Below are positions 17,403 through 27,388 of a DNA stretch of 64,000 nucleotides, piece by piece. Source of the stretch: Anaerolineae bacterium (GTDB taxonomy: Bacteria; Chloroflexota; Anaerolineae; UBA1429). Position 1 is the first letter of the stretch, and every line of letters starts with the position of its first letter. The notes below the pieces were generated by a model. That model did not search any database and was not told the DNA's origin. It saw nothing but the letters and a program-made list of their open reading frames with translations. A program made the position numbers and the translations under genes. The stretch lies in assembly GCA_963675785.1 (NCBI GenBank), contig OY776562.1, positions 2,816,001 to 2,880,000 on the forward strand. Direction: 5' to 3'.

Positions 17403-19403
17403 ATGCCCAAAATCTCATCTGAAACCCGCCGATTGGCTGTTAACACGATCAAGATGCTGGCAGTTGATGGCGTCGAAAAGGCTAATTCAGGCCATCCAGG
17501 TCTCCCCATGGGTGCGGCCGACTATGCCTTTGTTATCTTTGCCGAGTATCTCAAGCATTACCCCAAGGATCCCTCTTGGCCTAACCGCGACCGTTTTATC
17601 CTGTCAGCAGGCCACGGCTCGATGCTTTTGTACTCGCTTCTTCACCTCTCTGGCTATGACCTTCCACTCGAAGAGCTCAAGCGCTTCCGTCAGTACGAAA
17701 GCCTTACCCCCGGTCACCCCGAATACGGTTTGACGGTTGGCGTTGAAACCACCACCGGCCCGTTGGGGCAGGGGTTTTCCAACGGCGTAGGTATGGCTAT
17801 CGCATCCAAGATGTCTGCTGAAAAGTACAACACCACCGAGACGATCGTCGATCACTATATCTATGGTATCGTCAGCGATGGCGATCTGATGGAAGGTGTA
17901 AGCTCGGAAGCAGCCTCCCTAGCAGGTCATCTGGGCCTAGGTAACATCATTTACTTTTATGATGACAACCGCATTAGCATCGAGGGTAGCACAGAGCTTG
18001 CCTTTACTGAAGATCGCGGTAAGCGCTTTGAAGCCTATGGCTGGCAAGTGCTTTACATCAACGGTCATGACGCTGAGCAAGCCGCCAAGGCCATCGAAGA
18101 AGCAAAGGCCGAACCTAACCGCCCGACATTGGTTGTAGCCCGCACACATATTGGCAAGGGCAGCCCACATAAAGTTGATTCGGCCGAAGTGCACGGCGCC
18201 CCGCTTGGTGCCGAGGAAGTTTCTGCGACCAAAAAGGCCCTCGGTTGGCCAGAAGAACCGACCTTTTATGTGCCCGATGAAGTTCGCGAGCTCTTTGCCG
18301 CACGGCAAAAGGAACTCGAAGAGACCTACGATGAATGGCAGGTCACATTGTCTCGTTGGGAAAAGGCCAATCCTGAATTAGCTGCCCAGCGAAAAGCAGC
18401 CATGAACAAGGTTCTCCCGGATGATCTAGAAGAGCAATTGCTCTCCACACTCTCTGGCAAACCTGACGCCACCCGCCGTATTTCCGGTCAAGTCATCCAA
18501 AAAATACATGAGCTTTTGCCCTATTTTGTGGGCGGTTCGGCAGACCTGGCTCCCTCAACATCGACCCTTATCAAGCAGGCTGAGGATATTGGCCCTGGCC
18601 ATTTTAACGGACATAATTTCCATTTCGGTGTACGCGAACATGCCATGGGTTCGATTCTCAACGGCATTGCTTTGTATGGTGGCTTTATCCCCTTTGGGGC
18701 TACCTTCCTTGTATTTGCCGATTATATGCGACCACCCGTTCGCCTATCCAATATCATGGGCGTGCAGGTTGTGTATGTCTGGACGCATGACAGTATCTTT
18801 GTGGGCGAGGACGGCCCTACACACGAGCCGGTAGAACAAGTCGCCTCGTTGCGCTTGATCCCAGGCATGAAGGTCATCCGCCCGGCGGACGGTCCCGAAG
18901 TGGCTGCTTCTTGGGCCTATGCCCTGCGCCATCAGGATGGCCCAACGGCTTTGATCCTAACCCGCCAGGGTGTACCCAACATCAAACGGCAGAGCGATTT
19001 CTGCTTCAAGGCTTTTAACAAGGGCGCTTACATCGTCGCCGAAACAGCTAACAAAGAGCCCGATGTGGTTATCGTTGCCACCGGTTCCGAACTCCAGTTC
19101 GCTGTGGACGCAGTCGAGCCACTTGAAGCAGCAGGCTATGCCGTACGCGTTATCTCGATGCCCTGCAGAGAGCTTTACGAAGCGCAAGACTGTGCCTGGA
19201 AGGATGCCCTCATCCCCGATTCGGCCCGCAAGGTCGTCGTCGAAGCGGGAACCAAGTTCGGATGGGGTGATATCGTCGGCAAAAAGGCTCTCTTTATCAC
19301 TCAGGATGAATATGGCAAGTCTGGCCCGTACAAGACATTGATGGAAGAAATGGGCTTTACCAGTGAAAAGGTTGCCAAGCGTATTCTTGCCTGGCTCCAG
19401 TAA
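17403..19403 (+). CDS. tkt: Transketolase
   Basis: SGHPGLPMG, RDRFILSAGH, GDLMEG, GVREHAM, THDSIFVGEDGPTH. Confidence 0.98.
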   Translation: MPKISSETRRLAVNTIKMLAVDGVEKANSGHPGLPMGAADYAFVIFAEYLKHYPKDPSWPNRDRFILSAGHGSMLLYSLLHLSGYDLPLEELKRFRQYESLTPGHPEYGLTVGVETTTGPLGQGFSNGVGMAIASKMSAEKYNTTETIVDHYIYGIVSDGDLMEGVSSEAASLAGHLGLGNIIYFYDDNRISIEGSTELAFTEDRGKRFEAYGWQVLYINGHDAEQAAKAIEEAKAEPNRPTLVVARTHIGKGSPHKVDSAEVHGAPLGAEEVSATKKALGWPEEPTFYVPDEVRELFAARQKELEETYDEWQVTLSRWEKANPELAAQRKAAMNKVLPDDLEEQLLSTLSGKPDATRRISGQVIQKIHELLPYFVGGSADLAPSTSTLIKQAEDIGPGHFNGHNFHFGVREHAMGSILNGIALYGGFIPFGATFLVFADYMRPPVRLSNIMGVQVVYVWTHDSIFVGEDGPTHEPVEQVASLRLIPGMKVIRPADGPEVAASWAYALRHQDGPTALILTRQGVPNIKRQSDFCFKAFNKGAYIVAETANKEPDVVIVATGSELQFAVDAVEPLEAAGYAVRVISMPCRELYEAQDCAWKDALIPDSARKVVVEAGTKFGWGDIVGKKALFITQDEYGKSGPYKTLMEEMGFTSEKVAKRILAWLQ

Positions 19404-19408
19404 CATAA

Positions 19409-19441
19409 ACAAAGAGGGGGAGCGATGCTCCCCCTCTTTGT
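19409..19441. terminator. Bidirectional terminator
   Basis: ACAAAGAGGGGGAGC-GAT-GCTCCCCCTCTTTGT. Confidence 0.8.
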
Positions 19442-20709
19442 TATATATTTGCCTTTTTTATTTTGATCAACATCCTCATCATAGATCCTGTTATAAGCCT
19501 AAGGCCCCCAATTATCCACAAAGCCGCCTGAATACCTACCAAACTAGATATAGCTGTGCCAAGAAGCGGACCAGCAAAAGCACAGATATTATCAATCATG
19601 GCGTTAGCCGCTGCAAAGGTAGGTCTTTGGTCTTGAGGTGAAACGCGATAAAGCGTCTCGGTGAGAAAAATGCTAAATCCCGAGTTAAAAATGCCGCCAG
19701 CCACAGCAGATATTAGTAATTGAGGAGGGTTCACTGCAAGAGCCGTCAGTATTGGATACAACACGGTTGCCACACAAGTCAGCCACAGCCAGCGCCTTAC
19801 ACTCTGTTTGCGTAAGAGCCGGCTCAAGGCTAAATAGCCCAAGGTAGAAAAAAGCTGCTGAACCGTGAGAATGATCCCGATCCAGGCGTCGCTAGCTCCG
19901 ACTTCACGTACCCGGTAGATCGAATAGAGCGCCGCAGGCATCTGAAGGCTGAGTCGAAAGGCGAGAACGAGAATAGCATATTTGCGAAAAGCCGGTGCAT
20001 CCTTGATTAATTGCAACATCCCCTTGAAACCCAGGCTTTGCTTATTCTTTGCTTGGGGAAGGGCCGAGGTAGGAATCTGCAGCTGGCGCATGTTCAGATT
20101 ACCGAGAATCGCTGGCACAATCGCAAAACCAAATAATACAGAGTAATTTATGGGGTAGGGAGCCCAGTCAAGCCACTGACCGGCAAGAAAACCAACGACA
20201 GCCGCGGATAGGCCGTTCACTGCCAGCCGCATCGAGAGCATATTAGCCCGTCGTCTCTCTGTCGTTGCTGCCCCCAGGATCGTCGTCATACTGACATTGC
20301 CTACAGCAGTGGCGCCTGACAGGAGGCTTCGGCCAAAAACCAACAGGTAGGGAGAAATCGCGGCGGAAAGAAAGGGCAATATAGAAAAGGTGCTGATTCC
20401 GATGCGAAAAACCGCTCTTCCACCGTTCACTGCTTTGACCAAGTCACCCTTGCGTTGAATAAAAGCCGCAGCTGGTAATGCAGCAATCGTCATCAACAAT
20501 GCGGGCAGTGATGTGAGTAACCCTACTAACATATCTGAGGAACCCAGACGAACGAGATACACCGAGAGAAAAGCTGTTATCCCGCTTCCAATAATGGCCT
20601 GAATTGCGGCATCGCGATAAAGGATATGTTCATTGTACTCGTCGCGATTCAATAAACGACGAATCCCCCGCAGCTTGAACATTTGCGGTTTTTCAGGCAT
20701 AGGCTCCAC
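19441..20709 (-). CDS. MFS transporter
   Basis: About 12 hydrophobic segments in a 422-aa ORF with MFS-like layout. Confidence 0.8.
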   Translation of the reverse strand: MEPMPEKPQMFKLRGIRRLLNRDEYNEHILYRDAAIQAIIGSGITAFLSVYLVRLGSSDMLVGLLTSLPALLMTIAALPAAAFIQRKGDLVKAVNGGRAVFRIGISTFSILPFLSAAISPYLLVFGRSLLSGATAVGNVSMTTILGAATTERRRANMLSMRLAVNGLSAAVVGFLAGQWLDWAPYPINYSVLFGFAIVPAILGNLNMRQLQIPTSALPQAKNKQSLGFKGMLQLIKDAPAFRKYAILVLAFRLSLQMPAALYSIYRVREVGASDAWIGIILTVQQLFSTLGYLALSRLLRKQSVRRWLWLTCVATVLYPILTALAVNPPQLLISAVAGGIFNSGFSIFLTETLYRVSPQDQRPTFAAANAMIDNICAFAGPLLGTAISSLVGIQAALWIIGGLRLITGSMMRMLIKIKKANI

Positions 20710-20901
20710 AGCTGCTTTATCCCCTCTATGAAAGAGACAGCGATTCCCCTCATAGATACTTCACTAAAAATGAAATCCATTCTACCTTGTCAGTCAGGAC
20801 GTCGCAACCTTATAAAGAGGGGGTTATTGATGCTGTAGCTACCGAATGTTAGAATATCTTTCAGACCTATCATCCAACCTGTGCATCTGAGAGGATCTGT
20901 T

Positions 20902-21036
20902 ATGCGTATCTTTTGGAACGTTCTGTTTGCTCTTGTTATCCCTATTGGATGGGGAGTTCTTAGTTCTTGGTTCTTTGATTATTTGAGGACGCGGCGAGGG
21001 AAAAAGCAAGATTGTAACGAAGGGAATAACGTGTAA
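20902..21036 (+). CDS. 44-aa small membrane protein MRIFWNVLFALVIPIGWGVLSSWFFDYLRTRRGKKQDCNEGNNV
   Basis: GAGAGG RBS; one TM helix and basic tail; TAA overlaps next ATG (TAATG). Confidence 0.65.
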   Translation: MRIFWNVLFALVIPIGWGVLSSWFFDYLRTRRGKKQDCNEGNNV

Positions 21037-21929
21037 TGGCTGTTTTCCACGTTACCCCCCTCATTTTTATTGGAGCGCTCGTTTTAGGAAGCGGCATTGG
21101 CGTGCTGACCGGGCTGTTTGGCGTCGGCGGTGGATTTCTCGTCACCCCCTTGCTCAACATTCTGTTGGGGGTACCCATGTCGATTGCAGTAGGCACGGGG
21201 AGTCTGCTTACCCTGGGAACCTCAACTGCGGGGCTGTATCGCCGGCATAAAGAACATCTGGTAGATTACAAGCTGGCAATCGTCATGTTTGGCGGCAATC
21301 TGGTGGGGGTTCGCCTCGGAGATAGCCTATTGCAAAGCCTCAAAGGGCTGGGAGAGATCGCTATTGGCGGCACTTTTTTGGATGCTGTCGATATTATCCC
21401 CAAGTTTGTCTTTATCGTTCTATTGGCAGCCATTACCGGGTGGATTTTGTACGATACTCTGCATAACACGGCGCAAGAGGACGCCCCTGTAACGGGTATT
21501 TTTGGCAAAATTCGTATTCCCCCTTATACCAACTTTGAGACGCTCGACCACCCGCGTATGTCCATCGCCGCCATCTCGTATTTCGGTGTGTTAGTGGGTT
21601 TTCTGACGGGATTGTTAGGTATTGGAGGTGGCGTCATTATGATGCCCGCCCTTTTGTACCTCGTTGGCATGCGACCACATCGATCTTCCGCAACCAGTCT
21701 GGCCATTGTTTTTCTCTCTTCACTAGTAGCTGTCATCTCCAAAGTGCCCCAAGGAGATACCAGTATTCCTCTAGCCATTCCCTTACTGCTTGGCGGAACA
21801 TTTGGCCTACAATTTGGTGTTTCTATCTGTAACAAGACCAGCGGATCGAATCTCAAGAAATATTTTGTTGGCGTCGTCGTAGCTGCGATGGTCGTTGTCA
21901 TCTATAATGTTATTTCGCTCGTCTTTTAG
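21036..21929 (+). CDS. TauE/SafE (TSUP) family transporter
   Basis: GLFGVGGGFLVTP and GLLGIGGGVIMMP repeats, AVGT and ATSL motifs. Confidence 0.9.
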   Translation: MAVFHVTPLIFIGALVLGSGIGVLTGLFGVGGGFLVTPLLNILLGVPMSIAVGTGSLLTLGTSTAGLYRRHKEHLVDYKLAIVMFGGNLVGVRLGDSLLQSLKGLGEIAIGGTFLDAVDIIPKFVFIVLLAAITGWILYDTLHNTAQEDAPVTGIFGKIRIPPYTNFETLDHPRMSIAAISYFGVLVGFLTGLLGIGGGVIMMPALLYLVGMRPHRSSATSLAIVFLSSLVAVISKVPQGDTSIPLAIPLLLGGTFGLQFGVSICNKTSGSNLKKYFVGVVVAAMVVVIYNVISLVF

Positions 21930-21937
21930 GCGCGAAC

Positions 21938-21976
21938 AAAGAAAGCCCCTGCAATAAATTGCAGGGGCTTTCTTTT
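21938..21976. terminator. Bidirectional terminator
   Basis: AAAGAAAGCCCCTGCAAT / ATTGCAGGGGCTTTCTTTT. Confidence 0.85.
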
Positions 21977-23894
21977 AGAGGCCGCGTATATCTGGACCAC
22001 ACGGCGTTTTGAGGACCACACGATTGCCCAGTGATCTTAAGATGTCTTCCACGTCGAGTCGGCAAAGTACACCTCGTGGAAAACAGGCAGAAGGCCAGCT
22101 CACAATGGGAGTTTCTGCCCACTCTTGCCAAGAAGATGGGTAGTCGTTCAAGGTAACCGTCGCAATATCGTCATCCAGAGCTGCGGCCAACATGGCATGA
22201 ATAGCGCCTTGCCCCCTGCCGACAAGGTTCACAGATTCTGCCCCTAACTTGCGCAGCAGGTTCACCGTCACCAACACATCATACACTCGGCGTCCGAGAT
22301 AGCTCTCTGCCAAGAGAATGCCGTGGCCGTGCATCATATAATCCATGCCATAGGGCGCCCAGAAATCGTCATCTTCATCGGGGATAGACTCGCCCAGACC
22401 GCGTACATCCAGCGCATACAGCTCGGTCTCTTGCTGTAATTCGAGCGACCAAGAATTGTCGACTAGGTCAATCTCTGCGGAAAAATGCGGCAGGTATAGT
22501 GTTACCAAGTCCTCTACTTCGAGAACATTGGCATACTGGGGCATGCGCATACACTTGTAAAGCAGCGCCCGAATGTTCCCTTCTGTTTCAATGGCATATC
22601 GACCATAATGCCTGTTCCTCAAGGTAGTGGCCCTGAGGTGACGATATTCTGGAGCAAAGTTGGGACGTGAAACACTGAGCATCTCTGCCAAAACCGCTCG
22701 TATGTTCCCTTCGGGGATAGCAGGACGTTTGGCAGCCAAAGCTTGGGCTTCCTCAGAGATGATCTTATAAATCGGCTTGCTGCCAGCCAATACCACGTTT
22801 CCTTCTGGTGCGGCCCAAAGTTTCTCTACAGGCAAGATTTGTGGGGCATCCAGAAACTCAACATTCTCAATACCAGCGTGCTTGGCAAAAAAGTAAACCA
22901 TCTCGCGCTGATTCTCGTCCCAGTATCCATGAGTGCGCGGGCCGCGAAATCCTGCTGCCGTCCCCTCTGGTGCCCCCATTAGCCGATAGAAATCGACGAT
23001 CTCATCTACGGCCTCTTGATGTCCTCGTGGATCGAAAAAGTCATAGCGTTGTCCCATCACCAAAGCAGGCTTGGGAGCCCCGGCAATGATAAAATCGGCC
23101 ATATCAAGTCCACGGCCGACTACACCATAAGGATACTGCTCAGCATCCGCGGGTATCTCGTTTTCCAAGTTACGTGAAAAGGTAGTTACAAAGCAGGAAG
23201 GCGCTCCCATGGTATAGCGATCATCGAGGGCCCATAGCCAGGTAACCAATGTTCCGCCGCCCGAGTTACCGGTCAGGCCGACACGCGTTGAATCTACCTC
23301 AGGACGCGAAAGCAAATAATCAAGAGCACGAATGCCATCCCAGGCACGCCACGAATGGAACCCGTCATTGAGTAATTCCAATTGCTTGCCCATCATGTTG
23401 TGGGCATGAGTTGGTTGATTCACTAGAGAACGATCCTCTATCTGGATATATTGGTCGCGTTCACCCTGGTTGATGGGGTCAAAAACGAGAACTGCAAAGC
23501 CAGCATGAGCCAGACGCGCACAAAAGCTCTGGTATAGTTGGGAGCTTTTGCCCTCTGGCGAATGGCCACAAGAACCCAGTACGCAAGGTACCTTTTCTGT
23601 TGTCTTGGGAAGATAGAGATCAGCCGAAACGAGAAATCCCGGTCTGCTCTCAAAGAGAATCTTTTCGATAGAATATCTTTCGCCTTCTATTCTGCCCGTT
23701 ACTCTGGCATTGAGCGGCGTGCGTTCGGGGAAGGGACCAAAGGCTTGGCGAATGATCTCTTGAACATGCTTTTGATAGGCGAGAGCGTCCTCGCGGGATG
23801 CCAGAGCACCCAAACGTTCCTTACGCTTTGCAGCCTCGTCGCGAAGACGAGCCACCGTGTGATCGATGACCATGTGTCCATAACCGCTACGCAT
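21975..23894 (-). CDS. Two-domain alpha/beta hydrolase (acetylxylan esterase-like)
   Basis: FESRPG, CGH, GNSGGG nucleophile motif, DAEQ; ATG 23894 follows AGGAGG. Confidence 0.8.
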   Translation of the reverse strand: MRSGYGHMVIDHTVARLRDEAAKRKERLGALASREDALAYQKHVQEIIRQAFGPFPERTPLNARVTGRIEGERYSIEKILFESRPGFLVSADLYLPKTTEKVPCVLGSCGHSPEGKSSQLYQSFCARLAHAGFAVLVFDPINQGERDQYIQIEDRSLVNQPTHAHNMMGKQLELLNDGFHSWRAWDGIRALDYLLSRPEVDSTRVGLTGNSGGGTLVTWLWALDDRYTMGAPSCFVTTFSRNLENEIPADAEQYPYGVVGRGLDMADFIIAGAPKPALVMGQRYDFFDPRGHQEAVDEIVDFYRLMGAPEGTAAGFRGPRTHGYWDENQREMVYFFAKHAGIENVEFLDAPQILPVEKLWAAPEGNVVLAGSKPIYKIISEEAQALAAKRPAIPEGNIRAVLAEMLSVSRPNFAPEYRHLRATTLRNRHYGRYAIETEGNIRALLYKCMRMPQYANVLEVEDLVTLYLPHFSAEIDLVDNSWSLELQQETELYALDVRGLGESIPDEDDDFWAPYGMDYMMHGHGILLAESYLGRRVYDVLVTVNLLRKLGAESVNLVGRGQGAIHAMLAAALDDDIATVTLNDYPSSWQEWAETPIVSWPSACFPRGVLCRLDVEDILRSLGNRVVLKTPCGPDIRGL

Positions 23895-23991
23895 GTTTCC
23901 TCCTGCTCCATCCAAATCAGCGGAACGCTTTTTTATCATATCGCGTTCACTTTATGCTAGAATCATACACCATATTGAAAGAGGGCCCAGT

Positions 23992-24906
23992 TTGAGTTCA
24001 TCCCCCAACACCCCAAAACAAATATCGCGGCGTAGACTCCTGCGGAACGGTGCATATCTTTGCCTTGGAGGTGTGGTTTTTGCCGGAAGCACCACCCTTT
24101 ATATGCGGTATGCTGAGCCTGCTTGGGTAGATGTAACCTTGACTACCGTCCCTCTCCCCAATCTCCCGGCTGCTATGGAGGGATTTCGCATTGCCCTCAT
24201 AGCCGATCTACATTCAGGCCCCTATATGACGACCTCAAGCTTTAGCAAGGCTGTTAGATTGCTGAATGAACAGACCCCAGACCTGGCGATTTTGGCCGGC
24301 GACTTTGTAACATCAGATGCGCACAATATCGATGAATACATCGATCTTTTCAGTCAGATATCGGCCAAACACGGTGTCTATGCTGTTCTGGGAAATCACG
24401 ATGTCTGGACCAATCCCGATTACATTACAGAATTACTGCAATCCGTAGGCATCCGCGTGTTGCAGAACGAACAAGCTATTATTCCCATTAACGACCACGA
24501 GTTGGTACTTACTGGTGTCCTCGATTCGGGCTTTGTAACCCGCGATCGCGCTGATCTTCCCTTGTTCTGGTCATCTACGTTAGAGGGCCTTCCGATGCTG
24601 CCCCCAAAAAGCTCGCAACGTACTAGCCTTTTGATCGTGCATAATCCAGATGTCAACGAGCTTTTGGCCGCTAGCGATGCCATAGACTTGGCACTCTGTG
24701 GTCATACTCACGGCGGGCAGGTTCAGCTACCTTTTGGCCTCGGGCCTATCTATTTGCCCTCATGTATGGGCGCCAAATACGGAGGGGGATTGGTCGACGC
24801 TCCGGCTAGCCCAGTTTACGTAACGCGAGGATTGGGTGTTTCAGGCCCCCCGATTCGTCTGAACTGCCGGCCTGAAGTCGCCATCCTAACCCTTGTACGT
24901 GCTTAG
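23992..24906 (+). CDS. Metallophosphoesterase (calcineurin-like, YkuE/YaeI type) with Tat-like leader
   Basis: DLH, GD, GNHD, GHTHGGQ, TRGLG motifs; SRRRLL; TTG start after GAGGG. Confidence 0.88.
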   Translation: MSSSPNTPKQISRRRLLRNGAYLCLGGVVFAGSTTLYMRYAEPAWVDVTLTTVPLPNLPAAMEGFRIALIADLHSGPYMTTSSFSKAVRLLNEQTPDLAILAGDFVTSDAHNIDEYIDLFSQISAKHGVYAVLGNHDVWTNPDYITELLQSVGIRVLQNEQAIIPINDHELVLTGVLDSGFVTRDRADLPLFWSSTLEGLPMLPPKSSQRTSLLIVHNPDVNELLAASDAIDLALCGHTHGGQVQLPFGLGPIYLPSCMGAKYGGGLVDAPASPVYVTRGLGVSGPPIRLNCRPEVAILTLVRA

Positions 24907-25373
24907 CTGATCTCGTTTAAGAAAGGATCCAACAATGAAAGGATGCGCGTCAGGGGAGCTATATCCTCTTTTGCAAAAGCAGCAACCTCTAATGAATCAA
25001 TATCCAGCACAGCCACCACGCGATCCTCAACAACAAGTGGCAGCACGATCTCGCTCTTGGTTCGAGAATCACAAGCGATATGGCCCGGAAAAGCATGCAC
25101 ATCTGGAACTACTTGGGCACGATTCTCGTGCACACACGCCAGGCATACGCCTTGCCCTTTAAGCACCTGACAGGCCACTAATCCCTGGTAAGGTCCCACG
25201 TATAGCTCATCCCCCTCCAGCAGATAGAATCCCGTCCAAGAGTGATGCTTCATTTTATGATGCAGCACAGCACAGATTGTTGCCATGGCTGCAAGAAGAT
25301 TGGGAGATTTGGCCAATAATCCTTCGAGTTGGGTATATATCCGGTCGTATCGACCTAGACGTTTGTTGTCCAT
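24903..25373 (-). CDS. GAF domain protein (free methionine-R-sulfoxide reductase-like)
   Basis: WTGFY, VGPYQG, GVC, VPDVHAFPGHIACD, SEIV, LDIDS. Confidence 0.88.
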   Translation of the reverse strand: MDNKRLGRYDRIYTQLEGLLAKSPNLLAAMATICAVLHHKMKHHSWTGFYLLEGDELYVGPYQGLVACQVLKGQGVCLACVHENRAQVVPDVHAFPGHIACDSRTKSEIVLPLVVEDRVVAVLDIDSLEVAAFAKEDIAPLTRILSLLDPFLNEIS

Positions 25374-25414
25374 GATTTCTTCTCTTTTGATCTTTTTAGG
25401 ACTATAGGTGCACT

Positions 25415-26053
25415 TTATTCAATCCGAGCAACAGGATGGCGCAATACTGTTCTAGTTTTTTCTGGCGCAGTTCTACGCGGATCGGACAAATAGATCTCAT
25501 GATGCTTACGTTCAGTACTGGTCATATCCCTTAGACCCTTTTGGGCCATAAACGCTCGCAGATGCTCAATCGTTGCCGGTTCAGTGGCATAAGGGCCAAT
25601 ATGCATCGTATGAACACAAAGCCCCTCGCAAAAATCCTCCAGCCGAGCCGCCTCAAAATTCAATTCAGAGTTCTTTTTTTTGCTAACTTGCACAGCTTGA
25701 GCGAAAACGTCTTCGGTGACAAACTCTGGTTGGCGTATCATAGAGGTCCAGCGCCAAAACTCGCGCCGCTCAAAGTCGAACGGCCCTCCCTCACACCACC
25801 ACAAGCCCTCCAGCGGGGGAACCACATATTCATAGTATCCCGCGGGTTTCCAGTCTTTCATCTTGCTCATCTTGATGGCATACGTCAAAGCGTAGAGAAC
25901 CTGCATAGCGTCAGAATACTCCCCACTCTCTTCATTGGGATCCCCTTTGCCATCTACCATGATGAATTTCATGATGGGCACATCAATCAGCGTGGGTTCC
26001 TTTGGTGCATAGAGGTCTTTTTCCTTTTTACAGTCCCATTTCACATCAGCCAC
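25415..26053 (-). CDS. GyrI-like domain protein
   Basis: GKGDPN, PPLEGLWW, MIRQP, HIGPY, HHEIYLSDPR. Confidence 0.85.
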   Translation of the reverse strand: MADVKWDCKKEKDLYAPKEPTLIDVPIMKFIMVDGKGDPNEESGEYSDAMQVLYALTYAIKMSKMKDWKPAGYYEYVVPPLEGLWWCEGGPFDFERREFWRWTSMIRQPEFVTEDVFAQAVQVSKKKNSELNFEAARLEDFCEGLCVHTMHIGPYATEPATIEHLRAFMAQKGLRDMTSTERKHHEIYLSDPRRTAPEKTRTVLRHPVARIE

Positions 26054-26090
26054 GCAAACCTCCTAATACTTTTTTAGCCATGGATACGCC

Positions 26091-27257
26091 CTATCGACAG
26101 TTCTGTAGGTCTTGGAGCGTTCCCAAAATATGGGCTTTGATCACCCCTTCCAAATCAGGGCTCCAGCTCTTGCCAATATCGAATAGATGAAAAGATTCAG
26201 TCTCGTAACCACCTTCTTCATAGGCAGCGCCTGTCGGTAAATAGCCTACACTCCCATTGCAATAGCCAAGCATCATGATCGCTTCGGGGGAAGGTACAAG
26301 GCTTCGCGCGTAAAGAGCATATTCTACAAAAGCTTCTCCTCCCAATCCCATCAGAACACAATCGCCCAAACGGAAACTACCGAGCGGACACGGAGAGGTG
26401 GCACCATCCATGGTAGGAAGATTCATCATAAAACTCTGGAAACATAACGGCACAGTTGAAACCTGGCGCCAATCGCGAATGCCTGTCACAGCCTTGGCTA
26501 CTGTCTCGCCATGCGCTTTCATCTGTTCTATCGTCCGTTCCTGACGATAAGGGTTCTGATCAGCACCACACCCTTGCAAATAAACCGCCCTAGTCCCCCG
26601 CCATATTTCCTCTATCCTGCTACGAGCTATTCCCATCCATTCAGCTGAAATGAGCAAGTTCTCTCCACCCAGGGTTGTGCCGTGCATGGGATGAGTAAAA
26701 AGGAGCACATCGTCAGTTGTGGGGCGCTCAAAGCGCCAACATGTTACCGCATCCAAGTGCGCTCCTTGCGGATTGACCCCGAGAATTATACGGTCATCAG
26801 CCGTCCTCTCCCGACGGTTGCAGCCGATGTTGGCCTTTGCCTCAGCAACGGTCATTCTCGCTGGCGTCAAGTCGTCTAGTGCTTCTTCTGCCGATATAAC
26901 ACAATGCTGCACGACCTGATAAACGTAGGCTTCCTCTGGCGAGTATCCCGCAAAATGAGCCACCATAGGGCCGGCGTGGGTATGTGTAAAGCTAATGATC
27001 TGCTGTTCTGGCCTTATGCCGGTTGCCTCGCAAACAGCATTGTTAAGCAGATCAACCTCGGGTAAATCCATCCAGCAAAGATCAAGTGCCAAGATCAGTA
27101 CGCACTCTTCTTCAGATTTCAAAGCCACTGCCTGGCAATAGAGATCATCATGCACACCATCGAAAGGTGCCGTACGAGAGCCATATCCCAACATGCGCAG
27201 GGGCTGCGTTGGTGTAATCGCCTGCTGGGCAAAACCCACCTGCAAGTCCATTTTCAT
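26091..27257 (-). CDS. Neutral/alkaline ceramidase N-terminal-like hypothetical hydrolase
   Basis: ITP, GY..R, HDDL, THTHAGP, NRR, GEAF, GYLPT...GGYE. Confidence 0.7.
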   Translation of the reverse strand: MKMDLQVGFAQQAITPTQPLRMLGYGSRTAPFDGVHDDLYCQAVALKSEEECVLILALDLCWMDLPEVDLLNNAVCEATGIRPEQQIISFTHTHAGPMVAHFAGYSPEEAYVYQVVQHCVISAEEALDDLTPARMTVAEAKANIGCNRRERTADDRIILGVNPQGAHLDAVTCWRFERPTTDDVLLFTHPMHGTTLGGENLLISAEWMGIARSRIEEIWRGTRAVYLQGCGADQNPYRQERTIEQMKAHGETVAKAVTGIRDWRQVSTVPLCFQSFMMNLPTMDGATSPCPLGSFRLGDCVLMGLGGEAFVEYALYARSLVPSPEAIMMLGYCNGSVGYLPTGAAYEEGGYETESFHLFDIGKSWSPDLEGVIKAHILGTLQDLQNCR

Positions 27258-27388
27258 AATGCCCTCCCGAAGACACCTTTTTAGGCATCTTAGCAGATAT
27301 CATGGGCAAATCCAGTAATAGAGAGGTTGACGAAGTCAGCAGAGCCCTTCATAATGCCCCTTGCGCTGCAATAAAGGAGTACGATGAC

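Noticed and set aside
19512-19520. Perfect DnaA box inside the MFS gene
   Set aside because: Isolated and intragenic; expected by chance
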